A DNA stretch of 63,045 nt, filler included, from Choristocarpus tenellus KU-1152 (lineage: Eukaryota > Protista > Phaeophyceae), in NCBI GenBank assembly GCA_964200185.2. It is 11 parts of 11 records of this genome, joined end to end, with 100 filler letters (N's around TTAATTAATTAA, not from the genome) between each part and the next. Parts side by side here need not be neighbours in the genome. Positions count along the whole stretch, not along the records: positions 41,036 to 45,352 come from CAXNAD020015142.1; positions 45,453 to 49,527 come from CAXNAD020016355.1; positions 49,628 to 54,688 come from CAXNAD020011996.1; 8 more parts are not named here. The stretch is one strand, 5' to 3'. This document shows, in pieces, positions 43,676 to 54,788 of the stretch. A program made the translations under genes and the position numbers. Below the pieces are notes generated by a model. The model was not told where the DNA came from. It did no database searches and saw only the letters and a program-made list of their open reading frames with translations. Within the stretch, counting starts at the first letter, position 1; each line of letters begins with the position of its first letter.

Positions 43676-43705
<30 letters not shown>
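43481..43705 (+). mobile_element. Probable non-LTR retrotransposon 3' end with (AAT)n tail
   Basis: Second copy of the 15899-16097 repeat, ending directly in about nine AAT units. Confidence 0.6.
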
Positions 43706-43707
<2 letters not shown>

Positions 43708-44390
43708 CTTCATGTGAAAGATATCTCTCCAATTAAAATTTACCATTTTCATTGCATCATTAATTGGAGAGGTTGAAACAGGATTTAAATGAGGTGGTAA
43801 TAAAAAGGTCGTTATTCATATATCGATAGTAATATACATGTGGAAGTGTCAACAGTCAACAGTTCTCTGTATATGGGAGCAATCAAAATTATTAGACTGA
43901 ACTCTTTAACCACAGAGGGTAGACCGAGTTTCACAATTCTTGGTAGAGCATCTCAACGACAGTTGAGGTAATTCAGAACAGAACAGAAACCTTAGTGTAC
44001 AACAGATATCACAGAATGACTGAGCAACATACAGGAGGAAAATGGACTAGTCAGAATAGAAATGGATCTTCGTTCTGACACTCCTTCTGACTGTTTGGTC
44101 AATCTGGATCTTGTGGGTGTGTCTGGTTTTGTAGACTGTTGATATGGGAAAGTTCAATGACGTGTTCGGCACGCACAAAAGTACATGGCTGCGCGCCATA
44201 TCCACAAAGATAGATGTGTGTGGTAGAGATCCTAAAAAAGGGAACCTGTCCCTGCCATACATGCAGAATCCTAACCCTAACCCTAATCCCCCAAATCACT
44301 AAAAAATAGTACAAGAATATGTACGTTATGAAAGTATGACTATATTAACGCATCTAAATATGTAGAGGGTGCAAGTTGTTTTTTGACGTT

Positions 44391-45143
44391 TTGGTTACTG
44401 AACATTGGAAACATACAACAAGATGAATGAAGTATGAGCTTTGTATTTTAAACAATTTGTAAGTACGGATATAATCGGATTAACAACTTCCTAAAAACGT
44501 AATACACGGATTTTCAGGATCATGGATGTCAGGGTGGTCCCACGGATCGCCCGGAGCTCAAACAAAGTTGGTTTCTGAACATTGGAAACGTGTAAGATCA
44601 ATTAAATATGTGCTTCGTATTTTAAAAAATTGCAAGTACGGATATTGTGCAATATAGGCTAGTAGTCTATATGGTTTATAGGTGTTTCGTGACCACTACT
44701 AGACAACAGGAACGTTGACTAAGTGGGACAAGCGTCATTGACTTGTTTCGTGTGTTTAGAGTAATAAGTTCGAATCTCAGATGATCGACTTCTTACTACT
44801 TGATATAAATGGACTGATGGAGGATTACTGACATAGTACTAGCTACACAGGTTGGGTGACATAGTACGATGTAACGGTAACGGCAGGACACGTTTTAAGT
44901 GTCAACTGACATATGCAATAAACAATAAGACAATAAGAGAGAGCACACCACCACCACCGAGGGATGTGCTCACTCCGCTAATAAAAATACATCCATGCCA
45001 CACAAAGCAAAATACTCTACTTGAGTAGCTCTCTTTTGCAAAGATATAATCGGATTTACAACTTCCGAAAACCGTAATCCGTGGATTTTCCGGATCATGG
45101 ATCTCAGGGTGGTCCCACGGATCGCCCGGAGCTCAAACAAAGT
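44391..45143. repeat. 177-bp-period repeat (1.4 tandem units plus a detached partial unit)
   Basis: TTGGTT.CTGAACATTGGAAAC at 44391 and 44568; GATATAATCGGATT...CAGGGTGGTCCCACGGATCGCCCGGAGCTCAAACAAAGTT at 44468-44569 and 45043-45143. Confidence 0.85.
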
Positions 45144-47329
45144 TCATACACCCGCCTTCGAATCTAATCACTCCTAGACCTTCTCACTGCCCAAGACCGC
45201 CCGTTGCCCGAAAACACGATGACAAGTCCAACAACTTGCCCGAGAAAATAGATAAATGCAGATCGGCGTATCTGACAGGGTGGAGGGGGGGGGGGGACAG
45301 ATCGCAACAAACCATATCTCGGGCACGACCGAGATATTTGTACAAAGAGGTCNNNNNNNNNNNNNNNNNNNNNNNNNNNNNNNNNNNNNNNNNNNNTTAA
45401 TTAATTAANNNNNNNNNNNNNNNNNNNNNNNNNNNNNNNNNNNNNNNNNNNNCCCCCCCCAGATACTTTGGGTCTTTGATGATAGTAAACTGGGTGGAAA
45501 GAAGTCGGGTGTAGAGGGGATATGATTTCACAGTCTTATCTCAACTGCTGATATACGAAGACACCACCAACGTAGTGATATGATTCTCCCAAGGGGTTCC
45601 TTACAATCTGTTTTACAATCTGTTTGGTCCCCCTCACTTAAGAAGTGCTGTATAATACCAAACAATCCGTTGTCTGTGTCTGTACCTTAAGGCTTACCAA
45701 CACCGTCTCTCATTCTTGCACGCAGTTTCGAACTTTCAGTCGCTCTTACAGGTCCCTCGCATACGTACTATACATGACCAAGAAGTATCCTACCCTTATA
45801 AAACTACGGACTCTCTGCACCTGCTTTTCCTCTTTTGAAGTTGATTGAAGTTTGTGTCCTACTATATATATATATATATCTACACCCTATGTATACAGCT
45901 TGTTATCACCACTTGGTCTTGTCCTCCCTCGTATGTAGACTCGTCAGGGCACTTGCGAATGATCTTGTTCCAAAAATATGAAATGATGAAGAAAATAACT
46001 GTCCAAGAAACGCGAATCTATCTATGCACATACCGTTTCCTCTGTCACAGACAGACGAGCATTGTAAGATCAAGAAATTCTGGGATTCCTGTGCACCCAT
46101 ACATTTGCCTATCTGTTTATCTGTACTTGCCAGCACCAGATATATAGACCTGATTTTTCTCTTTGAATTTGTTTGAACTTAACCTCCTATTTATACCTAC
46201 TGTAGTTGAAAAGTAAAACGAGGAATGAGCATCTCACAAACAATAATGGCTGTGAATTGTACGTTTTCTCCCAGTCAGGAAAACAAACACGAACACAAAA
46301 GAAGAACGCCTCTCCTTCCAAGATGTGGCTTTAATCCTCTGGTAATATGCAGGAATCAGATCGTAACAAATAGGACGGGTGGACATCTCTAGTCCCGGAA
46401 ACAAGGGCCAGGGTAAAGGCTATTGCAGGGTGTTTTGAGATTGTTGGAATGGGGTGGAAATTACACGTCAATGGGAAAATTGCAGCCATAGTTTACCGTT
46501 TACATGAGGAAGCATACTTGGCAGGGAGCTGTATCACAACATTCTTGGTATATGGGTATAGGTGATCCTGTTGGGAGTGGTGGCGGAAGACTCGATAAAT
46601 ACAAAATATGCTGTTGGGGTAGAGTAAAGTACTGTGACGTATTTGGCACAAAAGACATAAAATGGGCCAAACCAATCGAGAGGTAGGCAGGGTTGCAGTT
46701 CAAGGATACTTGGAAATGGCAAAAAGGAGACATCTTGGACAATTGCAGAATAACCCTTGCTTAATTGTGGTGTCACTTTCTGTGTGGAAAGGGAGAGTAT
46801 CAACATTTCGTACGCTACTGTACACGTTAAAGAAATTGGAATAGAATGTGCTGCGCAGGGTAACAAAGATGGCCTGGAATGCGTATGGGTCCAAATCTGC
46901 CTGCATCCTCAATTGATGTGACTCAAACTAATGAGAGCACACAGGCATGTAATGCGTTCTGCTAATGGAGGATCCTATGCAATATGTATGTATCCCTGCA
47001 CATTACTCTGTGGGACTGGCCTTCCAGGCTTTCTTCATTGACGTATGGGTCACTGAAGTATCGAAGCATTTACATGCTCTGTGGCTGCCACATCCGTCCA
47101 CCTACTACTCGTACACAAGCAGCTTGGCCAAACCCTCACCAATTTCCATTTCCATATTATCACACCCATCAGAGTATTGTTGCTACTATACTAATAGTAT
47201 GGATATACCTTGCCATCATCTCATCTCACCATGCCTGGCTATATGATGTATTTACCTGTGCTTGTCCTTTATGACCCTTCTCCCAGACAATGTCTCTGTG
47301 ACTGTCTCATCACAATATTATTCTCTACA

Positions 47330-47586
47330 GTGTGAAAGTATCTTAGAGGGTACGAGTTTTTCCCTGTTTGTCCATTGGGGCTTGGCTTCCCTCAGGGTTT
47401 TTATGACATTTTCCTACTCCAAAAAAATTCGGAGTAGATAAAATGTATACGTTATGAAAAGGTATGTCCGGATCAAGGATATTAACACGTCCTAACAAAC
47501 ACGATAGTCAAAATGACAACGGAATCGCAACATTGGATATTGGTCCCCAAATGGACGCGGCTCTACCCTCTAAGATACTTTAGCTC
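47330..47586. mobile_element. MITE family B, 3-bp TSD ACA
   Basis: GTGTGAAAGTATCTTAGAGGGTA...TACCCTCTAAGATACTTTAGCTC; ACA on both flanks. Confidence 0.88.
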
Positions 47587-49655
47587 ACAATCAATCCTGA
47601 CCGCACTTCTCCCTGACCCCTACACCTCCACTCTTACACCCTTGTCGGTCCACTCCATGCCTCAAAGCACCCGCAAAAATTAAACTCTGCCTTATTCATA
47701 CCAACTCCAAGGCTCAAAGGTACTCTGGAAAATGTTGGTACACCATATTCCAACAACCTGGTATATTGCCCCCTCTCCCCCGCACGCCCTAGTCCAAAAT
47801 ATCGTATGTGCATCACCAACGAGAGAGGACTCCTATTTATCCCAGCAGTGAAGGCTCCTACAACTTGGAAGGGCAGGGACTATGCAGTCGCATGCACCAT
47901 CACAGAACAACACCACAACTGCACAATTGGGCAGCAGAGAACTTGTCTTCCTCTCTTGCTGTTGCAGGTTTGGCAGTGTCCTCCAGGATACGGTCTGCAC
48001 ATAGTTCTGCTGATTTAGTAGCTCCCTCCATGGAATTAATGTAGTCCTGAGGGTGGTATAAGGGTGGGATGTAGTGAATAACCTCAACACATGGTTTAAA
48101 TACATTTTCACGATATATATTTCGACAGTTTCAGAGGGAGGGTATTTTTCCTGGTGTCATTTTGTTTTTTCCGAGTCAACTGAATTGGTATACTTGTACA
48201 TCATCATATAGGTACAACAATTCCAAGGAATTTCCAAGGATTGCCACTGGTTCCAGGTATGTCCAAATGGAAATGATAAAAAGAGTATGTGATTGAGGGG
48301 GGGAGTAAGCGAGGAGGGGCATACCAGGTCAGGAGAAGGAATGTATATGGAATAGACAATGACACGGTATGACTGCACCTAACACCGTTGACGGTATATT
48401 GATTATACCACTAGAGGTAAATGTCATAACGCCATATACCACTCCGCCAATTTCCGATCTCTTTTTCAATAGAAATTATTGGGAAACTTCCTGGGATAGT
48501 CTATGACAAACTCAGAAAATAGGACCCTATTACAATAATGTAATAAAAAAGATTTAACATGATAACCAACATTTACAAAAGATCTGTCCAAGTACACCAT
48601 TGAAGCAAACCATGCTTACAACGAGGCATTGAAAGGAAGGAGGACTTAACCAGAAAGTACAGAGCATGTATGTGAGGAAGCAATGGACCAATCAAAACTT
48701 CTCCATTCTGATACCCACTGTTGTTCAGTTGGTAAACGGACGATAGTCATTCTATTCTCAACTGACTTTGCTCGAGGCAGCACATTCATGTGACACATAC
48801 ACACACACACACAATCTTGGAGTAGAAACAACAGACAATCACACACTGATAGCCAGGACAGAAGAGATGTCACTGTATTGGTCAAAGTGAAGTCAAGGCT
48901 TGGGAAAGCTAGAGCAGAGGTACAATCTATCCACTCATCACCCTGTTCCACCCTGTATCTGATAGGTGTATGAGCCCACCATGAAGAAATTGGTGATGGG
49001 CATCCTCTGTTTAGCGCAACAATTACCCAGACCTGATCCCTCACTGTGAAGTGACCCAGCAGGCTTAACCACATTGGTCCAGGTGCACTTGAGGTCCCTT
49101 GCTGAGAGGAAGAGGTCATGTACCTTTACAGGTATTTTTTGAAGGATGGCAGGGGGGAGATGGTGGTTATCCATACTGAGTAATTGCCGTAAGCCCTTTG
49201 GAAGACTTGATGGTTTTCCTCATACTGCAGTAGGAAGGCAATAGCCGCTCAAGATTTTTTTAATTTATTGATAATAAAAAAATATATAATGCAATTATCT
49301 AAAAGAAGTAAAAATAATTGGACCCGTTCACAATCCTCTAAAATCTATTGAAATACATTCTTTGCCTTATTTCCTCCTGTATATAAAATAATAGATAGTA
49401 ATGGTAACAGGTTCATTCACAGAAATATTCGACAAGGAAACACACAATAGAACGCACAAGACTGATCGCCATGTAACCAGCCACACACAATGACACAAAG
49501 GTACTCTCTTTTGGGCGCAAGAGACTTNNNNNNNNNNNNNNNNNNNNNNNNNNNNNNNNNNNNNNNNNNNNTTAATTAATTAANNNNNNNNNNNNNNNNN
49601 NNNNNNNNNNNNNNNNNNNNNNNNNNNCTCGTCCTATCTCGTGGTTGGATTGCGA

Positions 49656-49830
49656 GACCCAAAGTATCTGGGGGGGGGGGGTCTACACAAGGGTGTCCAT
49701 TTCGGCTGAGCCCGGAAAGGTGCACTTGCATTATCCATCCGCCGTATGCAACCAAATCACACAAAACCGTGACATGCAAAAATTGGCCCCAAATGGACTG
49801 CCGCCACCCCCCCCCCAGATACTTTAAGCC
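49656..49830. mobile_element. MITE family A, 3-bp TSD CGA
   Basis: GACCCAAAGTATCTG...CAGATACTTTAAGCC; CGA on both flanks. Confidence 0.88.
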
Positions 49831-49837
49831 CGATGAA

Positions 49838-50016
49838 GACTTGAAGTATCTGGGGGGGGAGGGGAGGTCTATACCAGGGTGTCCATTTGGACCATAACCA
49901 GGAAAAGTACACTTACATCATCCATCCGCTGTATGCAACTAAATCACAAAAAAATTGCGACATGAAAAAATTGGCCCCAAATGGACAGCCGCCCCCCACT
50001 GCAGATACTTTGAGCC
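49838..50016. mobile_element. MITE family A, 4-bp TSD TGAA
   Basis: GACTTGAAGTATCTG...CAGATACTTTGAGCC; TGAA on both flanks. Confidence 0.88.
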
Positions 50017-50120
50017 TGAAGTTAAAGGACATTGAGGCAGAGGGCTGTTATTTACAGTACATGAATTGGCCAGGCAGCAAATGAACAATGGGTAAACTGT
50101 GCACACAGAAATATTGCAAA

Positions 50121-50378
50121 GATTCAATGTAACTTAGAGGTATCCAGCATTGCACCTCTAAGGACCCCAAAAATAATGTTCAAGATTCGTATTTTGATAT
50201 GGATGTGCGTAGGATACTTTCTGAATTGTGTCGAGAGGTACATAAAATAGAGAAATTAACTCTCTCAAGTCAAACTTAGCACTTCATCCATAGAAATACG
50301 GGTGATTAGAAAAATATGAAAAACTGGTTCAAAATGAAAAACGACCGAACCCTGGGTACCTCTTGTTAGCTTTGACTC
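50121..50378. mobile_element. MITE family C (degenerate)
   Basis: Ends TACCTCTTGTTAGCTTTGACTC; core TCAAACTTAG shared with 59099-59336 and, inverted, with 53612-53809. Confidence 0.7.
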
Positions 50379-50536
50379 AACTTCTTTCTCAAAATGTGTT
50401 GGGGCAGAAGTCTTGAGCGCCTCCTTTTAGTTGTTCTCGTGCAATATAGTATATAGGGGATACATTATCGAAGTTTGGACAACATGGCTAGGAAATACTG
50501 TGTCTTAACAAGTTCTAGCAATATATCTTATTCCAG

Positions 50537-53500
50537 GTCTGTGCGGTCCATGCTGACAGGAGAGCAAGAAGGCGAAGGAAGCGTCTACACTTCAATTGAG
50601 ACCATAGACGATATATGGGATTGGCTTCAGGGTCCAGTGATCGACCTCATTTTTCCTCCACATAACTCAAGGTGTAGGTTCACACCAAGCACTCACGTAG
50701 TCTAGTACTTGTTGATTGAGGAAAAAAGCATGTGCAGTTCACTAGTGTCCTTTCATACCCTCGAGGCGTTGTCCTGGGGCCGGAAGAGGGGGAATCTTTA
50801 TTCTTAGAGATATGCTAAACTGATGGTTGTTATATTCATCAGCAATAGCCTTATGGTACTGAAAATGGTCAACATGATTGATTGTCTCTTCAAAATGCCA
50901 GACAGTTGAGCTAGCCTTGAGCATGAAATACTGTTTCCTACTGCTTAGAAGATCAAGAGAGTAGACTTCAATCTTTTGTTATGCCAAGATTTGGGGGTAG
51001 GAGAAACACCAAGCAATCTAACACCTGGAAAACTGTTTTTACAATCTATATCTTGTACTGAGCCAAAGTAAACGATAGGTACCCAGGTTTTGGCATTTAT
51101 TCATTTCAAGTCAGTATTTTGTCTTTTTCCACTTACCCCCAAGTCTCCTCATGCATTTGTACTTGAAGCCGAATTTTGCCCATTTATTTGTCAGCATCCT
51201 TAATTTTTCGACCCTGGAAACCTCTCTCTTACTTCAACTCACTGACCTGTAGAATGGACTTGTCCCACAACACATGAGTCAAAGTATCTTAGAGGGTAGG
51301 GCCGTGTCCATTTGGGGACCAAAATCCAATGTTACAATTTTGATGTAATTTTGTCGATCATGTCTGTTAGGAGATGTCAATATCATTGTTCTGGACACAC
51401 CATTTCATAACGTAAACATTTTACCTATTCCAAAACATTTTGGAGTAGGTGGCTCAAAGTATCTGGGGAGGGGGGTGGCAGCTGTCCATTTCGGGTAATT
51501 TTTTTCATGTCGCGACTTTTGTGTGATTTGGTTGCATACGTAGGATGGACAATATACATGCACTTTTCCTGATTTCGGTCCAAATGGACACCCTGTTGTA
51601 GACTCCCCCCCCCCCAGATACCTTGGGTCAGGTAAAATGTCATTTAAAACCCGTGGGAAGCCAAGTCCCAAATGGACAAATAGGGGAGAAAAACTCGTAC
51701 CCTCTAAGATACTTTCACTCACATCTCACCTAAACCTTGGTATTCCCCCTCAATCTCTTTCGCAGCTGGTACCGAGGTAATGTGTTGGTCCATGAAGAAT
51801 CCTTCAAGGAGTACTCTTTGTTTGGTCCAGCTCGACTCAGCCAATGGAGAACAAGTGACGACTCGTGTCAGGTTTGAAGGGTTAGGGTTAGTTGTTGATT
51901 TGGTTGATATTGTCTTAGTTGTGAATTGTGGCGGCGCCTGTGTTGACCACGGGCAGACAAACCCAATCTGGCAAAGCGAAACATTTTTAGTTCTAATCAA
52001 TAAACCCTTAAGGCATCGATACTGCCAATAGTGCTGTACTGTAGTCTTCATATCCATGTCTTTTCAAGGTTGAGGGGGGAGGTAACTTGTAAGGAAAATG
52101 CATCCTGTTGGCTTAATGGGGTACTTTGATACACTCGATAGTGCACATTAATGCTCTACTATTGTATATAATCTTGGCTCAAAGTATCTGGGGTGGGGTG
52201 GGAGCTGTCCATTCGGGGCCCATTTTTCTATGTCGCGAATCTTGGGTTATTTGGTTGCATGCTTTGTATGGATAATGTAAGCTCACTTCTCTTTGTCAGG
52301 GCCCGAATGGACACCCTAGTGTAGATCTCGCTGCTCCCCCTCCCCCCCCAACCCCCCCCCCCCCTCCCCCCCCAGACCCACGTCCTCTTNNNNNNNNNNC
52401 AGGGCCCGAATGGACACCCTAGTGTAGGCCCCCCCCCCCCTCCCCCGCCCCAAATACTTTGAGCCCTTCTCTAACTGAAACAATTATTTTTTCTTTCAAG
52501 CATATATTATCGTTTTTCCATGATTCGTTCCTGCTAAAAACCACTCATCTGTTGCATTGTTTCTCCCAGGTGGTGAAAAATTTTGGGAATCATTGCTTTG
52601 CCAACTACTGCGATAGAGGGAAGCAATGGTGGCCGCTTTGTGTTGGTTCCAGTCAAGATACCAATCCATTTGGTCCAGATCTAAGGTGACTTGCAACTGT
52701 CTAAAAATATGAGTGAAAGTATCTTAGAGGGTATGAGTCTTACCCTGCCTGTTTGTTCGTTTGGGGCTTGGCTTCCCACTCGTTTTTATGAAATATTACA
52801 TGCTCCAAACATCTCTGAGTAGATATAATGTATATGTTATGAAAATGTGTGTGTCTGGAACAAGGATACTGACACTTCCTAATAAACACAACATCCAAAA
52901 ATACATCAAACTTGCAACATTGAATTTTGGCCTCCAAACAGACGCGGCTCTCTCTACCCTCTAAAATACTTTGACTCATATAATAGATATAATAACCCAA
53001 GAAATCAGATCATCACAAACATGTATGAAGGAATGCAAACAAAATAGAGAAAAAATAAATAAATACACTTTTGACTTGAGAGGATATCTTCCCCAGACAA
53101 ATACTCTCGAGATACTAGATTCGGGGTTTCATATAATCATAGCTTATTGCAAAGCAGAATAGACTTTTTTTATCGCAGAAGTGCTGCTTACTTGCAGTGG
53201 GGTGGATTACTGACAATATTCTACCGTTTCTAGACGTACCACCACACGGACCCAAAATAAAATCAATATGTCTGGGTAGCTGGGTACCTGGCTGGGTACA
53301 GTTGTTGTTGCACTCTAAATTGCACAATGGCAAGCTGTGTGAACTCTTCACTTATCTATACTATATGCTATCTACCGCTTCGCACCTACAAATGACTACC
53401 ATTTTTTTTTCCAAGTCTTTCTCACAGTCCTACAGTTGCACTTTTCTTGTGTATACATGCCTGATTGGAAGCAGTACTAATCTACTGAAGTAGGGTTAGG

Positions 53501-54572
53501 GTTCCATGCATATCATCGTTTATTTACCCGCCCTGCATGGCTCCCTACTGTAGGCTGTTCGGAGGTAGGTGTAGTTTTTTCTCAACCTGATGGTCTCCCT
53601 TGCACAACATTGAGCCAAAGTATATGATAGTTACCGAGTTGTTGGGCATTGTGCATCGTAAGCAAGTTTTTCAACCTTTTACAATTCATTCATATTTCTA
53701 TGGATGAAGTGCTAAGTTTGACTTTAGAAAGTTGATTTCTCTATTGCTTGTACAAATTTTCCGGCATCCTTACAATGCAAATCTAGGTACCTGCAGTCTA
53801 CTTTGACTCATTAGTGTCTATCTCCAACTCAATTTTGATTGGTAGATATACATACAAGCTGGATGCCCATTCTAGTGATATTGTCGGGGACTTTGGAGCA
53901 TATGGGAGTGGGGCATTCATCCAGGAGCTGCCTTGGAAGAATCAAACGGAGGCCGAATCCATTCTTACCAGTCTTGAGGTTTGCAACACTTCATGGTGGG
54001 CACCATTTTTCACAACATCCAGTTTGAACTTTGCACAAAATCTGCACTCCGTTTGGAGCAAAGTGGATAGGCTTGTATAGACAAGGTTATCCTCTCTGAT
54101 GCTTACGTAGATCTCATAGTGAAGTTTAGCCCTCTTTTCTGAGAATGAGAATTTGAGCCAAGGGGTTAATTGTTAGGTATAATCTTGTTCTCCAATTTCC
54201 AGATGTGGTACTGCCTTAAAGTAATGAACCCTCCGCAAATACGCTATTCTTAGGGTTAGGGTTAGGGTTATTAGAGATATGACATCACTTCAAATTTGAC
54301 CTGTCTATTTCTTATTGTCCACAGGATACCTCATGGGTGGACAAATCTACCCGAGCCATTACTCTCGAGGTAGCAATGCACAGCTTATCTGCCAAAAAGT
54401 TTACCTATGTCCAACTTCTGATTGAGCTGCCTGGTGGGGGAGGACTCCCTGCCATGAGTCAATTGTATGTCACGTTCAATGGTTTCAATTCCTACAGTGC
54501 AGTTCGAGGGGAAGGTTATGGTGGAGGAGAAGACATGCCTGGTGAAGAGATACGCATACATGGAACTGACAG
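50537..54572 (+). CDS. Polycystin-2 (PKD2/TRPP)-like cation channel, extracellular polycystin (TOP) domain exons
   Basis: Exons 50537-50671 (IETIDDIWDWLQGP), 51766-51871 (LFGPARLSQWRTSDDSC), 52570-52685 (C..DTNPFGP), 53846-53978 (GDFGAYGSGAFIQEL) and 54325-54572 (WVDKSTRAITLE..LLIELPGGGG), phase-consistent. Confidence 0.85.
51060..51240. mobile_element. MITE of the same clan (family D), 3-bp TSD ACT
   Basis: GAGCCAAAGTAAAC..AGGTACCCAGG...CCTGGAAACCT..TTACTTCAACTC; ACT on both flanks. Confidence 0.7.
51276..51720. mobile_element. MITE family B (TSD ACAT) with nested family A at 51451-51629 (TSD AGGT)
   Basis: Both elements have intact TIRs and matching 4-bp flanks. Confidence 0.92.
52176..52465. 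mobile_element. MITE family A, 3-bp TSD CTT (gap overlap inside)
   Basis: GGCTCAAAGTATCTG...AAATACTTTGAGCC; CTT on both flanks. Confidence 0.82.
52711..52977. mobile_element. MITE family B, 4-bp TSD ATAT
   Basis: GAGTGAAAGTATCTTAGAGGGTA...TACCCTCTAAAATACTTTGACTC; ATAT on both flanks. Confidence 0.88.
53612..53809. mobile_element. MITE family C, 3-bp TSD ATT
   Basis: GAGCCAAAGTA...TACTTTGACTC; ATT on both flanks. Confidence 0.78.
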
Positions 54573-54788
54573 GTGAACTTCTGCCTAAACTATGCGAAAG
54601 ACCTGCCTGCTGTGGAGTTCAACAATGCTCCGATTGACCCAAAGTAACTGGGGGGGGGGGGGGGTCTACACCAGGATTTCCATTTGGGNNNNNNNNNNNN
54701 NNNNNNNNNNNNNNNNNNNNNNNNNNNNNNNNTTAATTAATTAANNNNNNNNNNNNNNNNNNNNNNNNNNNNNNNNNNNNNNNNNNNN

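Noticed and set aside
45475-49527. Possible exons or ORFs in this contig
   Set aside because: No recognisable domain or phase-consistent exon chain.
52297-52430. Direct repeat CAGGGCCCGAATGGACACCCTAGTGTAG on both sides of a 10-N gap
   Set aside because: Likely an unmerged scaffold overlap within one MITE.
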